NCBI GenBank assembly: GCA_015492645.1
Contig: WGER01000052.1
Span: 9,974-73,973 of the forward strand
Reading direction: 5' to 3'
Origin: Nitrospirota bacterium
GTDB taxonomy: Bacteria > Nitrospirota > Thermodesulfovibrionia > Thermodesulfovibrionales > JdFR-85
DNA: 64,000 nucleotides
A program made the position numbers and the translations under genes. Shown piece after piece: positions 26,640-36,952 of the stretch. Numbering within the stretch: the stretch's first letter is position 1; every line of letters begins with the position of its first letter. Under the pieces are notes generated by a model. It was not told where the DNA came from. It ran no database searches and saw only the letters and a program-made list of their open reading frames with translations.

Positions 26640-27098
26640 TTAAGAGACCTCCACCTTTATCTCCTTCGGCTTTGCCTCCTCCTTCTTTGGTAACACTATC
26701 TCCAGAACACCGTCCTTGAAGGTGGCCTTCGCCTTTTCGGAGTCAATCTCTATAGGCAGGGGTATTGTCCTTGAAAAACTGCCATATCTTATCTCGGAGA
26801 CATAGTAGTCTTCTTCCTTTATCTCCTCCTTCCTCTTCACCTCACCCTTTATGGTGAGATTGTTCTCAGTGATGGTGAGATCAATATCCTTTTTGTCCAC
26901 ACCCGGCAGTTCTGCCCTCAAAACCAACTCGTTTTTTCGGTCATAGAGTTCGATATTCGGCACAATCACACCTTCTTCCAACCCTCTCCACCATCTCCTT
27001 CTCCTCCGGAAGGGTTCAAAGAACTCCTCAAAGAGTCTCTCCATATCTCTACGCATCTCTTCCAGTTCTTTCATCGGTGACCACCTTGCCACTGACAT
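26640..27098 (-). CDS. Hsp20/alpha-crystallin family small heat-shock protein
   Basis: 152 aa. Alpha-crystallin core (...LVLRAELPGVDKKDIDLTITENNLTIKGE...FSRTIPLP...A.FKDGVLEIVLPK). Confidence 0.9.
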   Translation of the reverse strand: MSVARWSPMKELEEMRRDMERLFEEFFEPFRRRRRWWRGLEEGVIVPNIELYDRKNELVLRAELPGVDKKDIDLTITENNLTIKGEVKRKEEIKEEDYYVSEIRYGSFSRTIPLPIEIDSEKAKATFKDGVLEIVLPKKEEAKPKEIKVEVS

Positions 27099-27139
27099 CT
27101 CTAATCACCTCCTAACCCGGACTGCTCCGGGGTAGATAA

Positions 27140-27158
27140 AGAGGGGCGAGGCCCCTCT
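27140..27158 (-). terminator. hairpin directly after the clpB stop (AGAGGGGC-CUC-GCCCCUCU + UUAUCU), weak intrinsic terminator or attenuator
   Basis: 8-bp GC-rich stem overlapping the TAG stop. The U-tract is short (UUAU), so termination is probably only partial. Confidence 0.35.
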
Positions 27159-29805
27159 ATACTGTTACGGTCTCTGCATCAAGGACCCTCTCAAAGACGA
27201 TCCTGCCCCCTCTGTAATCCACCTGGACGGTGTCACCCTCTTTGAAGGTGCCTGCGAGGAGTTCCTTCGCAAGGGGGTTAAGGACCTCCTTCTGGAGCAC
27301 CCTCCTGAGGGGTCTGGCACCATAGACCGGGTCGTAACCAAGTGTTGCGAGGTGCTCCTTGGCCTCTTCTGTCAACTGTATATCTATCCTCTTCTGCTTC
27401 AGATACCTCTTCATCCTGTTTATCTGGATCTCCACGATCTCCTTCATCAGATCTCTGCTCAGAGGATTGAAGATGATAATCTCGTCTATCCTGTTCAGGA
27501 ACTCCGGCCTGAAGAAGGCCTTCAAGTCCTCCATCACCTTCTCTTTCAGTTCTTTTGAGTTTGAATTATCCCAGTGTTCGCCTGAGTACTTCTCTCTTTC
27601 TTCAAGTATCTGCTGGATATGGTGACTGCCGATGTTTGAGGTCATTATCACAACGGTGTTACGGAAGTCCACGGTCCTGCCCTTTCCATCTGTGAGCCTG
27701 CCATCGTCAAGGAGTTGGAGCAGTACATTGAATACCTCCGGATGGGCCTTTTCAACCTCATCAAAGAGTATGACGGAATATGGCCTTCTCCTGACAGCCT
27801 CTGTCAACTGTCCACCCTCTTCGTATCCTACATAACCGGGTGGGGCACCTATCAGCCTGGAGACAGTATGCCTCTCCTGATACTCAGACATATCTATCCT
27901 GATCAGGGCATTCTCATCGTCAAAGAGGAACTCTGCAAGTGCCTTTGCGAGTTCTGTCTTGCCGACACCAGTGGGACCGAGGAACAGGAATGAGCCAATT
28001 GGTCTGTTCGGATCCTGGATACCTGCCCTTGCCCTCCTTACGGCATCAGACACTGCCCTTATAGCCTCGTCCTGACCAACCACCCTTGACCTGAGTCTCT
28101 CCTCCATCTTCAGGAGTTTCTCTGTTTCACCCTCAAGGAGTTTTGTTACCGGGATACCAGTCCATTTAGAGACGATCTCTGCAATATCCTCCTCATCCAC
28201 CTCTTCCTTCAGGAGCCTCCTCTTGTATTTGAACTCCTCCAGTTTCTTATTCTCTTCCTCAAGGGCCTTCTGAAGTTCGATCAGTCTGCCGTAACGGAGT
28301 TCAGCAGCCCTGTTGAGGTCACCTTCCCTTTCTGCCTTCTGTGCCTCGATCTTTGTCTGTTCTATCTGTTCCTTCAGTTGTCTGATCTTCTGTATAACCT
28401 CCTTTTCTGCGAGCCACTGGGCCTTAAGGGCAGAGAGCCTCTCCTGTAGTTCTCCGATCTCCCTGTTCAGTTTCTCCAGTTTCTCTTTCGCATCCGGTGA
28501 GTCCTCCTTCATCACCGCCTGTCTTTCTATCTCCAACTGTCTCAGCCGCCTGTCTATCTCGTCTATCTCCACTGGCATACTATCTATCTCCATCCTCAGT
28601 TTTGCTGCGGCCTCGTCTATCAGGTCTATCGCCTTGTCAGGCAGATACCTGTCAGTTATATACCTGTGGGACAGGACCGCTGCCGCTACAAGGGCAGAGT
28701 CCTTTATCTTCACACCATGGTGGACCTCATACCTCTCCTTCAATCCCCTGAGTATAGAGATGGTGTCCTCCACGGAGGGTTCTCCCACATACACGGGCTG
28801 GAACCTCCTCTCAAGGGCAGGGTCCTTTTCTATGTACTTCCGGTACTCATCCACCGTGGTCGCACCTATACACCGCAGTTCACCCCTTGCCAGAGGGGGC
28901 TTCAGCATATTTGAGGCATCAATCGCACCCTCTGCTGCGCCCGCACCAACAAGGGTGTGTAGTTCGTCGATAAAGAGGATTATCTTACCCTCTGCCTGTT
29001 GTATCTCCTTCAGTATCGCCTTCATCCTCTCCTCAAACTCTCCCCTGTACTTTGAGCCTGCAACAAGGGCACCAATGTCAAGGGCAATGATCCTCTTGTC
29101 CTTCAGTGGCTCAGGCACATCCCCTGCCACTATCCTCTGGGCCAGCCCCTCCACTATTGCTGTCTTACCCACGCCAGGGTCACCTATCAGGACAGGATTG
29201 TTCTTTGTCCTCCTGGCAAGCACCTGCATCACCCTTCTTATCTCTTCATCACGACCGATTACAGGATCGAGTTTACCCTTCCGTGCAAGTTCTGTAAGGT
29301 CACGTGCATACCTCTTGAGGGCCTGATACTTATCCTCAGGGTTGGGATCAGTGACCCTCTGTGCACCCCTGATCTCTCTCATATGCTGCAGGACTGCCTG
29401 CTCTGTCACATTGTATCTTCCGAGTACCTCCGATGCTGGACCGCCCTCCCTCAGGATACCTATGAGCAGGTGCTCTGTACTCACGTACTCATCCTGCAGG
29501 TGCTGTGCCTCCCTGAAGGCCTCTTCAAAGACCCTCTTCAGTCTGGGCGAGACATAGACCTGACCGAGGGGGGTTGCACCCATCACCTTGGGGAAACGGT
29601 CTATCTCACTGTCCAGGTCCGCCTTCAGCATATCGATGTCAAAGCCGAACCTCTGAAGTATTTGTACAACGATACCCTCCTCATCCTCCAGGAGCGCCCT
29701 CAGCAGGTGCTCCGGCTGGAGTTCCTGGTTGCCCTTCTGATCAGCAATCCTCTGGGCCTCCTGCAGGGCCTCCTGTGATTTTATGGTGAGTCTGTCCATT
29801 CTCAT
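27157..29805 (-). CDS. clpB: ATP-dependent chaperone/disaggregase ClpB
   Basis: Two AAA+ modules (Walker A GDPGVGKT and GPTGVGKT) flank a long coiled-coil M-domain. The start is moved to ATG 29805 (SD AAAGGAGGT); the ORF-track GTG at 29811 lies immediately next to the SD. Confidence 0.95.
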   Translation of the reverse strand: MRMDRLTIKSQEALQEAQRIADQKGNQELQPEHLLRALLEDEEGIVVQILQRFGFDIDMLKADLDSEIDRFPKVMGATPLGQVYVSPRLKRVFEEAFREAQHLQDEYVSTEHLLIGILREGGPASEVLGRYNVTEQAVLQHMREIRGAQRVTDPNPEDKYQALKRYARDLTELARKGKLDPVIGRDEEIRRVMQVLARRTKNNPVLIGDPGVGKTAIVEGLAQRIVAGDVPEPLKDKRIIALDIGALVAGSKYRGEFEERMKAILKEIQQAEGKIILFIDELHTLVGAGAAEGAIDASNMLKPPLARGELRCIGATTVDEYRKYIEKDPALERRFQPVYVGEPSVEDTISILRGLKERYEVHHGVKIKDSALVAAAVLSHRYITDRYLPDKAIDLIDEAAAKLRMEIDSMPVEIDEIDRRLRQLEIERQAVMKEDSPDAKEKLEKLNREIGELQERLSALKAQWLAEKEVIQKIRQLKEQIEQTKIEAQKAEREGDLNRAAELRYGRLIELQKALEEENKKLEEFKYKRRLLKEEVDEEDIAEIVSKWTGIPVTKLLEGETEKLLKMEERLRSRVVGQDEAIRAVSDAVRRARAGIQDPNRPIGSFLFLGPTGVGKTELAKALAEFLFDDENALIRIDMSEYQERHTVSRLIGAPPGYVGYEEGGQLTEAVRRRPYSVILFDEVEKAHPEVFNVLLQLLDDGRLTDGKGRTVDFRNTVVIMTSNIGSHHIQQILEEREKYSGEHWDNSNSKELKEKVMEDLKAFFRPEFLNRIDEIIIFNPLSRDLMKEIVEIQINRMKRYLKQKRIDIQLTEEAKEHLATLGYDPVYGARPLRRVLQKEVLNPLAKELLAGTFKEGDTVQVDYRGGRIVFERVLDAETVTV

Positions 29806-29818
29806 GGCCACACCTCCT

Positions 29819-30163
29819 TTACTCCTGTAGTATTTCTCTTATTCTCTCCTGAAACCGCCTCCTGAGGTCTCCCTCTAAGCACTCGAGCATCGCCTCTGCC
29901 TCCCTCTGCAGGGCTATCAACCTCTCCCGCATCCTGAGGATGATGTCCACACCGGCCTTGTTCACACCAAGCCCTCTGGTCAACTCTATTATGAGGTGTA
30001 GTCTCTCAATATCCTCATCAGAGTATAGCCTCTGATTGCCCACCCGTTTCGGTTTTATAAGACCCTCTCTCTCGTAGAGCCTCAGTGTCTGGGGATGGAC
30101 ACCCAGCATCTGGGCCACCACACCTATCATGTACATCGGTCTCTTTCTGTCCCTTACTACCAT
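29819..30163 (-). CDS. hspR: MerR-family heat-shock repressor HspR
   Basis: 114 aa. MerR HTH motif [30 protein letters not shown]. Located between dnaJ and clpB, as in HspR regulons. 7-nt overlap with the dnaJ stop. Confidence 0.8.
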   Translation of the reverse strand: MVVRDRKRPMYMIGVVAQMLGVHPQTLRLYEREGLIKPKRVGNQRLYSDEDIERLHLIIELTRGLGVNKAGVDIILRMRERLIALQREAEAMLECLEGDLRRRFQERIREILQE

Positions 30164-31248
30164 CTCCTGTTCACCAGATGCACTCTGGGATTCTCTCTGT
30201 ATAGACCTTCAAGGGCCTTGATCATCTCTCTGTCCCTTTCTGTGACCGCCTCCGGTACCACCACCTTCACTATCACGTACTGGTCTCCCCTTTCCGTACC
30301 ACCAGGTTTGACAAACCCCTTACCCTTCAGCCTGAATTTCTGACCACTCTGGGTACCGGGCGGTATCTTCATCATGGCGACACCATCTATAGTGGGCACC
30401 TCTATCTTCGCACCGAGTGTCGCCTCGGGTACTGTAATGGGTACCTCAACGTATATGTCACTGCCCTCTCTTCTGAACAGAGGATGGGGCAGTATCTCAA
30501 TCTCTATGTAGAGATCACCCGGGGGACCGCCCCTTCCGGCCTCTCCCATCCCCTTCACCCTCACCCTGGAACCGCTGTCCACACCAGGGGGAATTCTCAC
30601 CTTTACGGTATCCGTCTTCAATACCGTGCCTGACCCATGACAATCGGGGCAGGGATTGGTCGCCTGCTGACCTGTGCCACCGCAGACGGGACATGTCTGG
30701 CTGATGCTGAAGAATGCCTTTCTGGTGGAGACCCGTCCGGTACCACCACAACGGCTACAACTCTGTAATCTCTCCGCGCCCCTGCCACCGCATCGACTGC
30801 AGGGGACATGATGGGTGACGGTGATGGGCCGTGTGGTGCCACTAAAGGCCTCTTCAAGGGTGAGGGTGACCCTTGTTACAAGGTCCGCACCCTTATGGAG
30901 GGTCTCCTTAAAGGTCGTTCTTCCGCCAAAGAAGTCAGAGAAGACGTCACCAAAGCCGAAGTCAAAGAGGTCACGGAAGTCAAAGTCCCTGAATGCCTCC
31001 TCAAAGTTGTAACTTGAGGTGAATGCCTGATGACCCATCCTGTCATACTCTGCCCTCTTCTTGGGATCGCCAAGTACACTGTATGCCTCATTTATCTCCT
31101 TGAATCTCTGCTCTGCCTCTTTGTTTCCGGGGTTGAGGTCAGGATGGTATTTCCTTGCAAGCCTCCTGTAGGCCTTCTTTATCTCCTCCTGGGAGGCGTT
31201 CTTAGGAACCCCCAGTATCTCGTAGTAGTCCTTTACCCCTGTCGCCAT
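30157..31248 (-). CDS. dnaJ: molecular chaperone DnaJ (type I: J-domain, G/F region, zinc finger)
   Basis: J-domain with HPD (KYHPDLNP). G/F segment [13 protein letters not shown]. Four CxxCxGxG motifs ([32 protein letters not shown]). Confidence 0.85.
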   Translation of the reverse strand: MATGVKDYYEILGVPKNASQEEIKKAYRRLARKYHPDLNPGNKEAEQRFKEINEAYSVLGDPKKRAEYDRMGHQAFTSSYNFEEAFRDFDFRDLFDFGFGDVFSDFFGGRTTFKETLHKGADLVTRVTLTLEEAFSGTTRPITVTHHVPCSRCGGRGAERLQSCSRCGGTGRVSTRKAFFSISQTCPVCGGTGQQATNPCPDCHGSGTVLKTDTVKVRIPPGVDSGSRVRVKGMGEAGRGGPPGDLYIEIEILPHPLFRREGSDIYVEVPITVPEATLGAKIEVPTIDGVAMMKIPPGTQSGQKFRLKGKGFVKPGGTERGDQYVIVKVVVPEAVTERDREMIKALEGLYRENPRVHLVNRRW

Positions 31249-31276
31249 CCCTTCCTCCAGCCTTGCTTTTGTTTAT

Positions 31277-31306
31277 ATTATATCACTTGATAAGATTTTT
31301 GTCAAG
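31277..31306 (-). promoter_or_regulatory. sigma70 promoter (TTGACA-17-TATAAT) overlapped by a HAIR-like HspR operator (CTTGACA-N7-TATCAAG)
   Basis: The minus strand reads CTTGACAAAAATCTTATCAAGTGATATAAT. The -35 is at 31305-31300 and the -10 at 31282-31277. The inverted repeat at 31306-31286 matches the HAIR consensus CTTGAGT-N7-ACTCAAG in 5 of 7 positions per half-site. Confidence 0.55.
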
Positions 31307-31410
31307 TCTTTTTACAAGAATTTTCTGGGGGCAAGACCGGCAAATCCGGCCCCTATTAACCCGTTTTGGACAGGTCTGTGATCACTTGAAGAATACATAA
31401 TCGTGAAGCA

Positions 31411-32685
31411 TTAACGAAGGGGTGGATTGAAGTAGCCCAGTCTTACCTCAGGGAATCTCTTCTTAAGGAGCCTCAGCCACTTAATTATCCCAATCGGTCT
31501 GGAAAGTCCTGTTGGGGCCATCACATCAATGTAGAATTCAGGGTCTATGTTCAGGTTTCTCAACTGGATCATGTCAGGATGGAGGTCTTCAAGGAGACCA
31601 AAAAAAGCCTCTGATTCAGAGGGGTCATCTGTGACCCCAGGGAAGACGAAATAGTTAAGAGAGACGAACTTGGAGTGCTTTTTGGTTATGGCTATGGAGG
31701 TCTTTACTTCCTCAAAGGAGTACCCCTTTGGTCTGTAATAGATATTGTATCGTTCAGGTATTGGACTGTTGAGGCTTATCCTTACCGAGTCGAGGCCCGC
31801 CTTAAGGAGCCTCTCCAGACCAACAGGTCTGCTCCCGTTTGTATTCATATTGATGGTCCCCCTGGTGGTTGCCTCTCTGATCCTCTTTATCGCCCTCTCT
31901 ATCACCGGAGACTGAAGCAGAGGTTCTCCCTCACAGCCCTGCCCAAAACTGACTATCGCCCTGGGTGCCTTCTTCAGATGAGGCACTGCGACCTCGCATA
32001 TCTCCTCCTCAGTGGGGACGAAGGTTATCCTTTCCTGGGGCGGTGTACAGGAATCAGAGGTCTGCAAGGAGATGCAACCTATACAGGCTGCATTACAGGT
32101 GGGAGATGTCGGCAGGGGGGCCTCCCATCTCTGGAGGAAATAGTTCCTGGCAGCAGGGCAGCCGTAACGGAGACAGCATCTTCCGAGGTGCTGTATGAGT
32201 CTGTTGTCTCTGTGATCTCTAAGTGCCCTTTCAGTCCTCTGGAGAATCTTCGCATGATCAAACAGATCAGGGTCCTGCCTCCGGTCGGGATCGGACCTGA
32301 AGGCTGCAACCCAGAACCTGCCCCTCCACCATCCCACGGCTGTATAGGCGAATAAGGGCAACATGGGGGCACCAGGGTTGCTCTTATAGGCAGAGAGCAA
32401 TGTAGTGGTGTGGGCAGGACTCACAAAGGCTGCCACTGCAACCACCCCTGGCTCGTCATACACCAGAGGGGTCCCATTCTCAGGGTCCACCCCTATCGGC
32501 AGCCTTTCAGGCAGAAGAAACAGTTCAGTGCCCTCTGGCATGGGGATCAGTTCCTCGGGTTCCGGTGCTCTGATGATGTGTCCTGCCCTGCCGGCCATAA
32601 GCAGACCAGGATGTTCAAAGACCTCCCCCCTCTGATTAGCGTATACCATCAGGGGGATAGAGCCTGGATGAACTCCATCAGGCAT
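31411..32685 (-). CDS. radical SAM protein with ~190-aa N-terminal domain of unknown function
   Basis: 424 aa. CX3CX2C motif CNAACIGC at about residue 198. It lies 32 nt downstream of rnfB on the same strand. Confidence 0.75.
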   Translation of the reverse strand: MPDGVHPGSIPLMVYANQRGEVFEHPGLLMAGRAGHIIRAPEPEELIPMPEGTELFLLPERLPIGVDPENGTPLVYDEPGVVAVAAFVSPAHTTTLLSAYKSNPGAPMLPLFAYTAVGWWRGRFWVAAFRSDPDRRQDPDLFDHAKILQRTERALRDHRDNRLIQHLGRCCLRYGCPAARNYFLQRWEAPLPTSPTCNAACIGCISLQTSDSCTPPQERITFVPTEEEICEVAVPHLKKAPRAIVSFGQGCEGEPLLQSPVIERAIKRIREATTRGTINMNTNGSRPVGLERLLKAGLDSVRISLNSPIPERYNIYYRPKGYSFEEVKTSIAITKKHSKFVSLNYFVFPGVTDDPSESEAFFGLLEDLHPDMIQLRNLNIDPEFYIDVMAPTGLSRPIGIIKWLRLLKKRFPEVRLGYFNPPLR

Positions 32686-32717
32686 GAGTCAGAAGTGAGA
32701 AAGTAAGGGTGCAGGAC

Positions 32718-33866
32718 TCAGGCTGCCTTCTTCGCCTTCTTCTTTGCAGCGGCCTCGAAGACCTCCTTTGCGTTGAAGGTCCCGTCAATCGCCTGTGTGG
32801 GGCATTTGGCAGTACAGATACCACAGCCGATGCACCTGTCCGGGTCTATGGTGTGGGGCTTTTTCATCTCACCATAGGCAGCATTAACAGGACAGACCTT
32901 CATACAGATGTTGCACCCGATGCATCTGTCCTCTACAACGAATGCCTTTGGCCTGGTGGGCATGTGATCCACTATCGCCTTTGTTGGACACTTCCTAACA
33001 CAGAGCCCGCATACACGGCACTTGTCCAGATTGATCCTGGAGAGGTTATCTTCCAGTGTGACGGCCTCAAAGGGACAGACCTTCACACAGGCACCACAGG
33101 CTATACAACCGATCTGACACTTCTTTCTCGTCTCTGGTCCCCTGTCCTTACTGTGACAGGCCACAACTACTGCCTTGCTGCCGGGTAACACCTCTATCAC
33201 CTTCTTCGGACATGCCATCTCGCATTTCCTGCATCCAGTGCATTTGCTCACATCCACCACAGGCAGATTATTCTCATTCATATGTATGGCATCAAAGGGG
33301 CAGACCTTTGCGCAGGTTCCATAACCGAGGCATCCGTAGACACATGCCTTGTCACCACCACCCGCCAGGACAGCCGCCCTACAGTCATGAACCCCTTCAT
33401 ATTTGAACCTCTTCAGAGACTTGGACCAGTCTCCCTGACACATGATCCTTGAGAACTTGGGCTCAGCAGCCACAGGCTCCTTTCCTGTAATAAGGGCCAC
33501 TATTCTGGCTGTCCTCTCACCACCAGGGGTGCAGAGATTGGGTGCCACCTCTGGCTTTGTTACCACCGCCTCTGCATACTGCTCACAACCGGCAAACCCA
33601 CAGGCCCCACAGTGTGCCCCTGCAAGATACTCCCTCACCTGGTCTATCCTCGGGTCCCTCTTCACTGAGAACCTCTTTGCTGCAAAGGCAAGACCAAGAC
33701 CGAAGACCGCCCCAACTCCAAAGACAAATACAAAGGTGAAGGTGATTGTCTGGACAAAGTCAACCGACTCCTTTGCCTCTATCCCACCTCCGACACCTGC
33801 CTGAGGGAGCGGGAAATGGTTTATTATACTGAGCAGGGAGTTTATTATCTCTACCAACTCATGCAT
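32718..33866 (-). CDS. rnfB: Rnf complex subunit B, polyferredoxin-extended form
   Basis: 382 aa. N-terminal TM helix and CGACGFAGC cluster, a CX3CX5CX3CP variant, and five CxxCxxCxxxCP motifs (CTGCRKCEMACP, CIACGACVKVCP, CRVCGLCVRKCP, CIGCNICMKVCP, CIGCGICTAKCP). Confidence 0.85.
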   Translation of the reverse strand: MHELVEIINSLLSIINHFPLPQAGVGGGIEAKESVDFVQTITFTFVFVFGVGAVFGLGLAFAAKRFSVKRDPRIDQVREYLAGAHCGACGFAGCEQYAEAVVTKPEVAPNLCTPGGERTARIVALITGKEPVAAEPKFSRIMCQGDWSKSLKRFKYEGVHDCRAAVLAGGGDKACVYGCLGYGTCAKVCPFDAIHMNENNLPVVDVSKCTGCRKCEMACPKKVIEVLPGSKAVVVACHSKDRGPETRKKCQIGCIACGACVKVCPFEAVTLEDNLSRINLDKCRVCGLCVRKCPTKAIVDHMPTRPKAFVVEDRCIGCNICMKVCPVNAAYGEMKKPHTIDPDRCIGCGICTAKCPTQAIDGTFNAKEVFEAAAKKKAKKAA

Positions 33867-33879
33867 CCTGGCCTCCTTT

Positions 33880-34473
33880 TTAAAGGGTTATGATCCCTGA
33901 GAAGCCGGTAAAGGCAAGGGCTATCAGGGCTGTAGTAATCCAGGCTATTGGCATCCCCCTGAAGGGTCTTGGCACATCGGCCAACTCGAGTTTCTCGCGT
34001 ATACTGGCCATGAGCACAAGGGCAATAGCAAAGCCGATGCCTGAGCCGAGGCCAAAGGAGAGACTCTCCAGAAAGTTGTAGTTCTCTCCAGCATTTATCA
34101 GGGGAACCGCTATTATGATACAATTGGTTGAGATAAGTGCAAGGTACACACCCAGTTTATAGTAAAGCCCGGGGCTCACCTTTCTCATTATGGTGTCGGA
34201 TGCCTGCACAAAGGCGGCCACTATCCCGATGAAGATGACAATCTTCAGGAAGGTGACCTCCAGAGGGACCATCACATAATGAAAGGCGAGCCAACTCAGC
34301 GCGGCTGCGATCACCATCACTGAGGTGAAGGTGATGCTCATCCCTACTGCGGTCTCCATCTTCTTTGATACCCCGAAGAAGATACAAAGCCCGAGAAATC
34401 TGGTGAAGACAAAGTTATTTATTATAGAGGCGGCTATAAAGAGTTCGAAAAGTTTGGTGAATTCACTACTCAT
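33880..34473 (-). CDS. rnfA: Rnf complex subunit A
   Basis: 197-aa polytopic membrane protein; N-terminus ...NNFVFTRFLGLCIFFGVSKK... is typical of RnfA/NqrE. Confidence 0.9.
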   Translation of the reverse strand: MSSEFTKLFELFIAASIINNFVFTRFLGLCIFFGVSKKMETAVGMSITFTSVMVIAAALSWLAFHYVMVPLEVTFLKIVIFIGIVAAFVQASDTIMRKVSPGLYYKLGVYLALISTNCIIIAVPLINAGENYNFLESLSFGLGSGIGFAIALVLMASIREKLELADVPRPFRGMPIAWITTALIALAFTGFSGIITL

Positions 34474-34525
34474 CGAAGACCTCCATTCTTAATCATAAAA
34501 ATTCAACACCACAGAATGCAACCCC

Positions 34526-35167
34526 TCAGTGACCTCCTGCTCCACCGGCACCCTTGCCTCCATAGAACCTTATGTCTATCCAGTTAAAAAACCCCATCAG
34601 GAGTCCTACAACAAGAAACCCACCTGTGGGCATCACCATTATGAGAAGGGGCTTGGCATGCACAATCGGATAACCAAGAAGGGTGCCCCTGCCGAGGAGT
34701 TCCCTGAAGAAACTGATTATTACTAAGGCTATCAGGAATCCGAGTCCTGAGCCGAGACCGTCGAAGAAGGAATAGTCCACCCTGTGCTTACTTGCGAACA
34801 TCTCTGCCCTTGCAAGGATCGAGGCAAAGGCCACAATGATCTGTATGTAAAGGCCTATCTCCTTGTAGGCCTCTCTCGCATAGGCTGCCATCAACATGTC
34901 AACCACACTAACCCATCCTGAGATTATCAACATAAATATGGGTATCCTGATACGTGGATGGATAAAGTGCCTCAGCAGCCCCACAGTGGTATTAACCATG
35001 GTCTGGACAAAGAGGACCGCCACACCGAGCAGGAAACCGTTTCTTATGCTATTCGTCACCGCAATGGAAGGGCAGAGACTTATGACAAGCCTGAAGATTG
35101 TGTTCTCTTTAAAGATACCGTTCTTGATTAACTGGAGATAACTTATCTTCTCCTCAGGCAGTTCCAT
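34526..35167 (-). CDS. rnfE: Rnf complex subunit E
   Basis: 213-aa membrane protein; ...NGIFKENTIFRLVISLCPSIAVT... is typical of RnfE/NqrD. Confidence 0.9.
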   Translation of the reverse strand: MELPEEKISYLQLIKNGIFKENTIFRLVISLCPSIAVTNSIRNGFLLGVAVLFVQTMVNTTVGLLRHFIHPRIRIPIFMLIISGWVSVVDMLMAAYAREAYKEIGLYIQIIVAFASILARAEMFASKHRVDYSFFDGLGSGLGFLIALVIISFFRELLGRGTLLGYPIVHAKPLLIMVMPTGGFLVVGLLMGFFNWIDIRFYGGKGAGGAGGH

Positions 35168-35933
35168 GTTTCACCTCTCCTTTAAGTACTTTCTGCAAAA
35201 AGAGGATGCCGTTCTTCACCCCATCCTCGGCGACCGCCCTTGTGGATATGGTGGCTCCTGTGATCGCCTGGATGTATTCCTTCTTCGTGCCTGTCTTGTC
35301 CACCTTAAGGTGTTCAATGTCCTTACCCTTAAACTGGTTCTTGAACCAGTCCATCTCTATCTCGTCACCGAGACCGGGTGTCTCTGCGTGGTGCAGTATG
35401 TTTATCCTCTGGACAATGAAGTTTGTATCCACCGCAAAGAGTATATCAATATAACTTGAGTAACCCTTACCAAAGGTCTGTACAATGTAGCCTATCACCT
35501 GTCCACCCTTTTTTGCCACAAAGTACTCTGCATGTTTGCCGTGAGGGAACCACTCATTCACCTGTAGGGCCTTTGTCAACTCCGGCTTGTACTCCTCCAC
35601 TTCCGCCTCAGACAGGTACTGTTTCAGTGTCTGTACGAAGGTATCCTTTGGTTGTATGAATCTGCTACCCTTCAGTTGCTCAAGTTTTCCTATTATGCTT
35701 TCAGGCACACCCTTTTTTTTCAGTTTCTCTAATGTCTCATCATTCACCTCATAGATATAACATATCTCATCAGCCTCTGGCATCATCTCCTGCAGAGCCT
35801 GTGCCTTTGCGAGTTCATTGTTCCTGTAGATTATTGGCGAGGTCTTGGCGTAAACAGCGGCAAGCAGAAGCCCTCCCGCCAGATACAGGACAACAAGGTT
35901 CAGGGTGATCTTAAGGATGTCCTTTGGTGTCAC
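35154..35933 (-). CDS. rnfG: Rnf complex subunit G (FMN-binding), with an internal ~60-aa insertion
   Basis: N-terminal anchor. FMN-attachment motif AITGATISTRAV. At 259 aa it is longer than the usual ~200 aa. Confidence 0.8.
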   Translation of the reverse strand: MTPKDILKITLNLVVLYLAGGLLLAAVYAKTSPIIYRNNELAKAQALQEMMPEADEICYIYEVNDETLEKLKKKGVPESIIGKLEQLKGSRFIQPKDTFVQTLKQYLSEAEVEEYKPELTKALQVNEWFPHGKHAEYFVAKKGGQVIGYIVQTFGKGYSSYIDILFAVDTNFIVQRINILHHAETPGLGDEIEMDWFKNQFKGKDIEHLKVDKTGTKKEYIQAITGATISTRAVAEDGVKNGILFLQKVLKGEVKHGTA

Positions 35934-36940
35934 TTCTTCGCCTCCTTTCTCTCGCCAAATACCCTGCTCTTCAGGTTTCTGTCAATCAGTGGTGTGAGAC
36001 AGTTCATCAGCAGTATCGCAAACATAACACCCTCGGGGTACCCCGCCTTGAGCCTTATTAACATGGTGAGAAAGCCACAGCCTATGCCGAAGAGGATCTG
36101 CCCCTTCCTGACAGACGGACAGGTCACATAGTCAGTTGCCATGTACCATGCCCCAAGCATCAGACCCCCACTCAACAGATGTACAAGAGGATCGCCTGTA
36201 AAGAGACCCTCCTTCCCACCGAAGACCCATGCCAGTACCGCTACTGTAGCCAGATAGGAGACAGGGATATGCCAGGTGATGTATCTCTTTATAAGCAAAA
36301 AGCCTGCACCCAGGAGTATTGCTATTACAGAGACCTCTCCTAAGGAACCTGCCCTGTGGCCAATGAGTAGTTGTGTGTAGAGGGTGATCCTGTCTCCAAA
36401 GACCTCCAGCAGGCGGTTCATTCCTTCCTCCTTCAGTAAACCGAGAGGTGTTGCTGTGGTCTTTGCATCCATCCCTACAAAGGCAGCCGAAGGCTCAATC
36501 CATGTCGTCATCGCCCTGGGCCATGTGATCAGGGCAAAGGCCCTGCCTACAAGGGCAGGATTGAAGATGTTATAACCGAGGCCCCCGAACAGTTGCTTTG
36601 CGATCGCAACCGCCACAAATGAACTGACCAGGGGGATGTAAAATGGCGCTGTGGCAGGCATATTCATCCCGAGCAGCAGCCCTGTCAGGAAGGCGCTACC
36701 GTCAGAGATGGTGACTGGGCGGGATGTCATCTTCTGGACGAGCCATTCACTGAAGAGGGACCCCACAATGCAGAGCGCGGTCACAAAGATGGCCCTGGGG
36801 CCAAAGTAGTACACACCCATCACAAAGGCGGGCAGAAGACTCAGAGAGACGGTCCACATTATCCTTGCGACGGTCTCCTCACTCCTTATATGAGGAGATA
36901 CCGAAACGACCAGTTCCTGTTCTTTTCTTGCTACTGCCAT
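35930..36940 (-). CDS. rnfD: Rnf complex subunit D
   Basis: 336-aa polytopic membrane protein, RnfD/NqrB-like (...SGGLMLGAWYMATDYVT...). Confidence 0.9.
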   Translation of the reverse strand: MAVARKEQELVVSVSPHIRSEETVARIMWTVSLSLLPAFVMGVYYFGPRAIFVTALCIVGSLFSEWLVQKMTSRPVTISDGSAFLTGLLLGMNMPATAPFYIPLVSSFVAVAIAKQLFGGLGYNIFNPALVGRAFALITWPRAMTTWIEPSAAFVGMDAKTTATPLGLLKEEGMNRLLEVFGDRITLYTQLLIGHRAGSLGEVSVIAILLGAGFLLIKRYITWHIPVSYLATVAVLAWVFGGKEGLFTGDPLVHLLSGGLMLGAWYMATDYVTCPSVRKGQILFGIGCGFLTMLIRLKAGYPEGVMFAILLMNCLTPLIDRNLKSRVFGERKEAKK

Positions 36941-36952
36941 CTCACACTCCTT

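Noticed and set aside
28313-29326. 337-aa ORF on the plus strand, antisense to clpB
   Set aside because: It lies fully inside the strongly supported clpB gene. Its composition is low-complexity Ser/Leu/Ile/Phe-rich, it has no SD and no recognisable motif. This is a typical shadow ORF.
29806-29811. GTG 29811 as the clpB start (ORF track)
   Set aside because: The GTG immediately follows or overlaps the SD (AAAGGAGGT-GTG), leaving no spacer. The ATG at 29805 is correctly spaced.
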